From positions 1 to 57,073 of the forward strand of contig CALJEL010000016.1 in the NCBI GenBank assembly GCA_938074335.1: a stretch of DNA of 57,073 nucleotides. The letters run 5' to 3'. The stretch comes from an uncultured bacterium (GTDB lineage Bacteria > Nitrospirota > Thermodesulfovibrionia > Thermodesulfovibrionales > CALJEL01). The position numbers and the translations under genes were made by a program. Below, one piece after another: positions 57,052-57,073 of this stretch. The notes beneath the pieces are model-generated. The model made no database searches and was not told the DNA's origin. It saw nothing but the letters and a program-made list of their open reading frames with translations. The first letter of the stretch is position 1; each line of letters opens with the position of its first letter.

Positions 57052-57073
57052 GGATTATTTTAACATGAACACA

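Overview
This is a 57-kb bacterial chromosomal segment from a probable anaerobic, possibly thermophilic organism; gene content is most consistent with Nitrospirota/Thermodesulfovibrionia or a related lineage (inference). Energy metabolism: a complete rnfCDGEA-B operon interrupted by a coiled-coil PD-(D/E)XK nuclease gene, and a candidate nitrate-ammonification cluster (octaheme nitrite reductase, an unusual monoheme cytochrome, an oversized NapA, napGHD, no napB/napC) facing a heme-c sensor kinase/OmpR pair. Transport: two TSUP/USP sulfur-compound transport clusters (one sigma54/NtrC-linked), a metal-uptake operon led by a DUF2946-like CxxC/RAPP leader peptide with an anti-SD hairpin, and a Fur-boxed cytochrome c/beta-barrel/feoAAB iron operon. 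Housekeeping: rmlBD, ribD, pyrKD, greA, pgpA, a TrxR fusion and archaeal-type ppcA. There are four MNT-HEPN toxin-antitoxin pairs in different states of decay. Intergenic DNA is rich in small repeats: a ~130-bp two-hairpin element in 3 copies with compensatory changes, inverted 6-8-bp microsatellite arrays, nested GTAG-type REPs and ISL3-like ends. Many genes appear leaderless. No rRNA, tRNA or CRISPR array was seen. All product calls come from motif recognition, not database searches.
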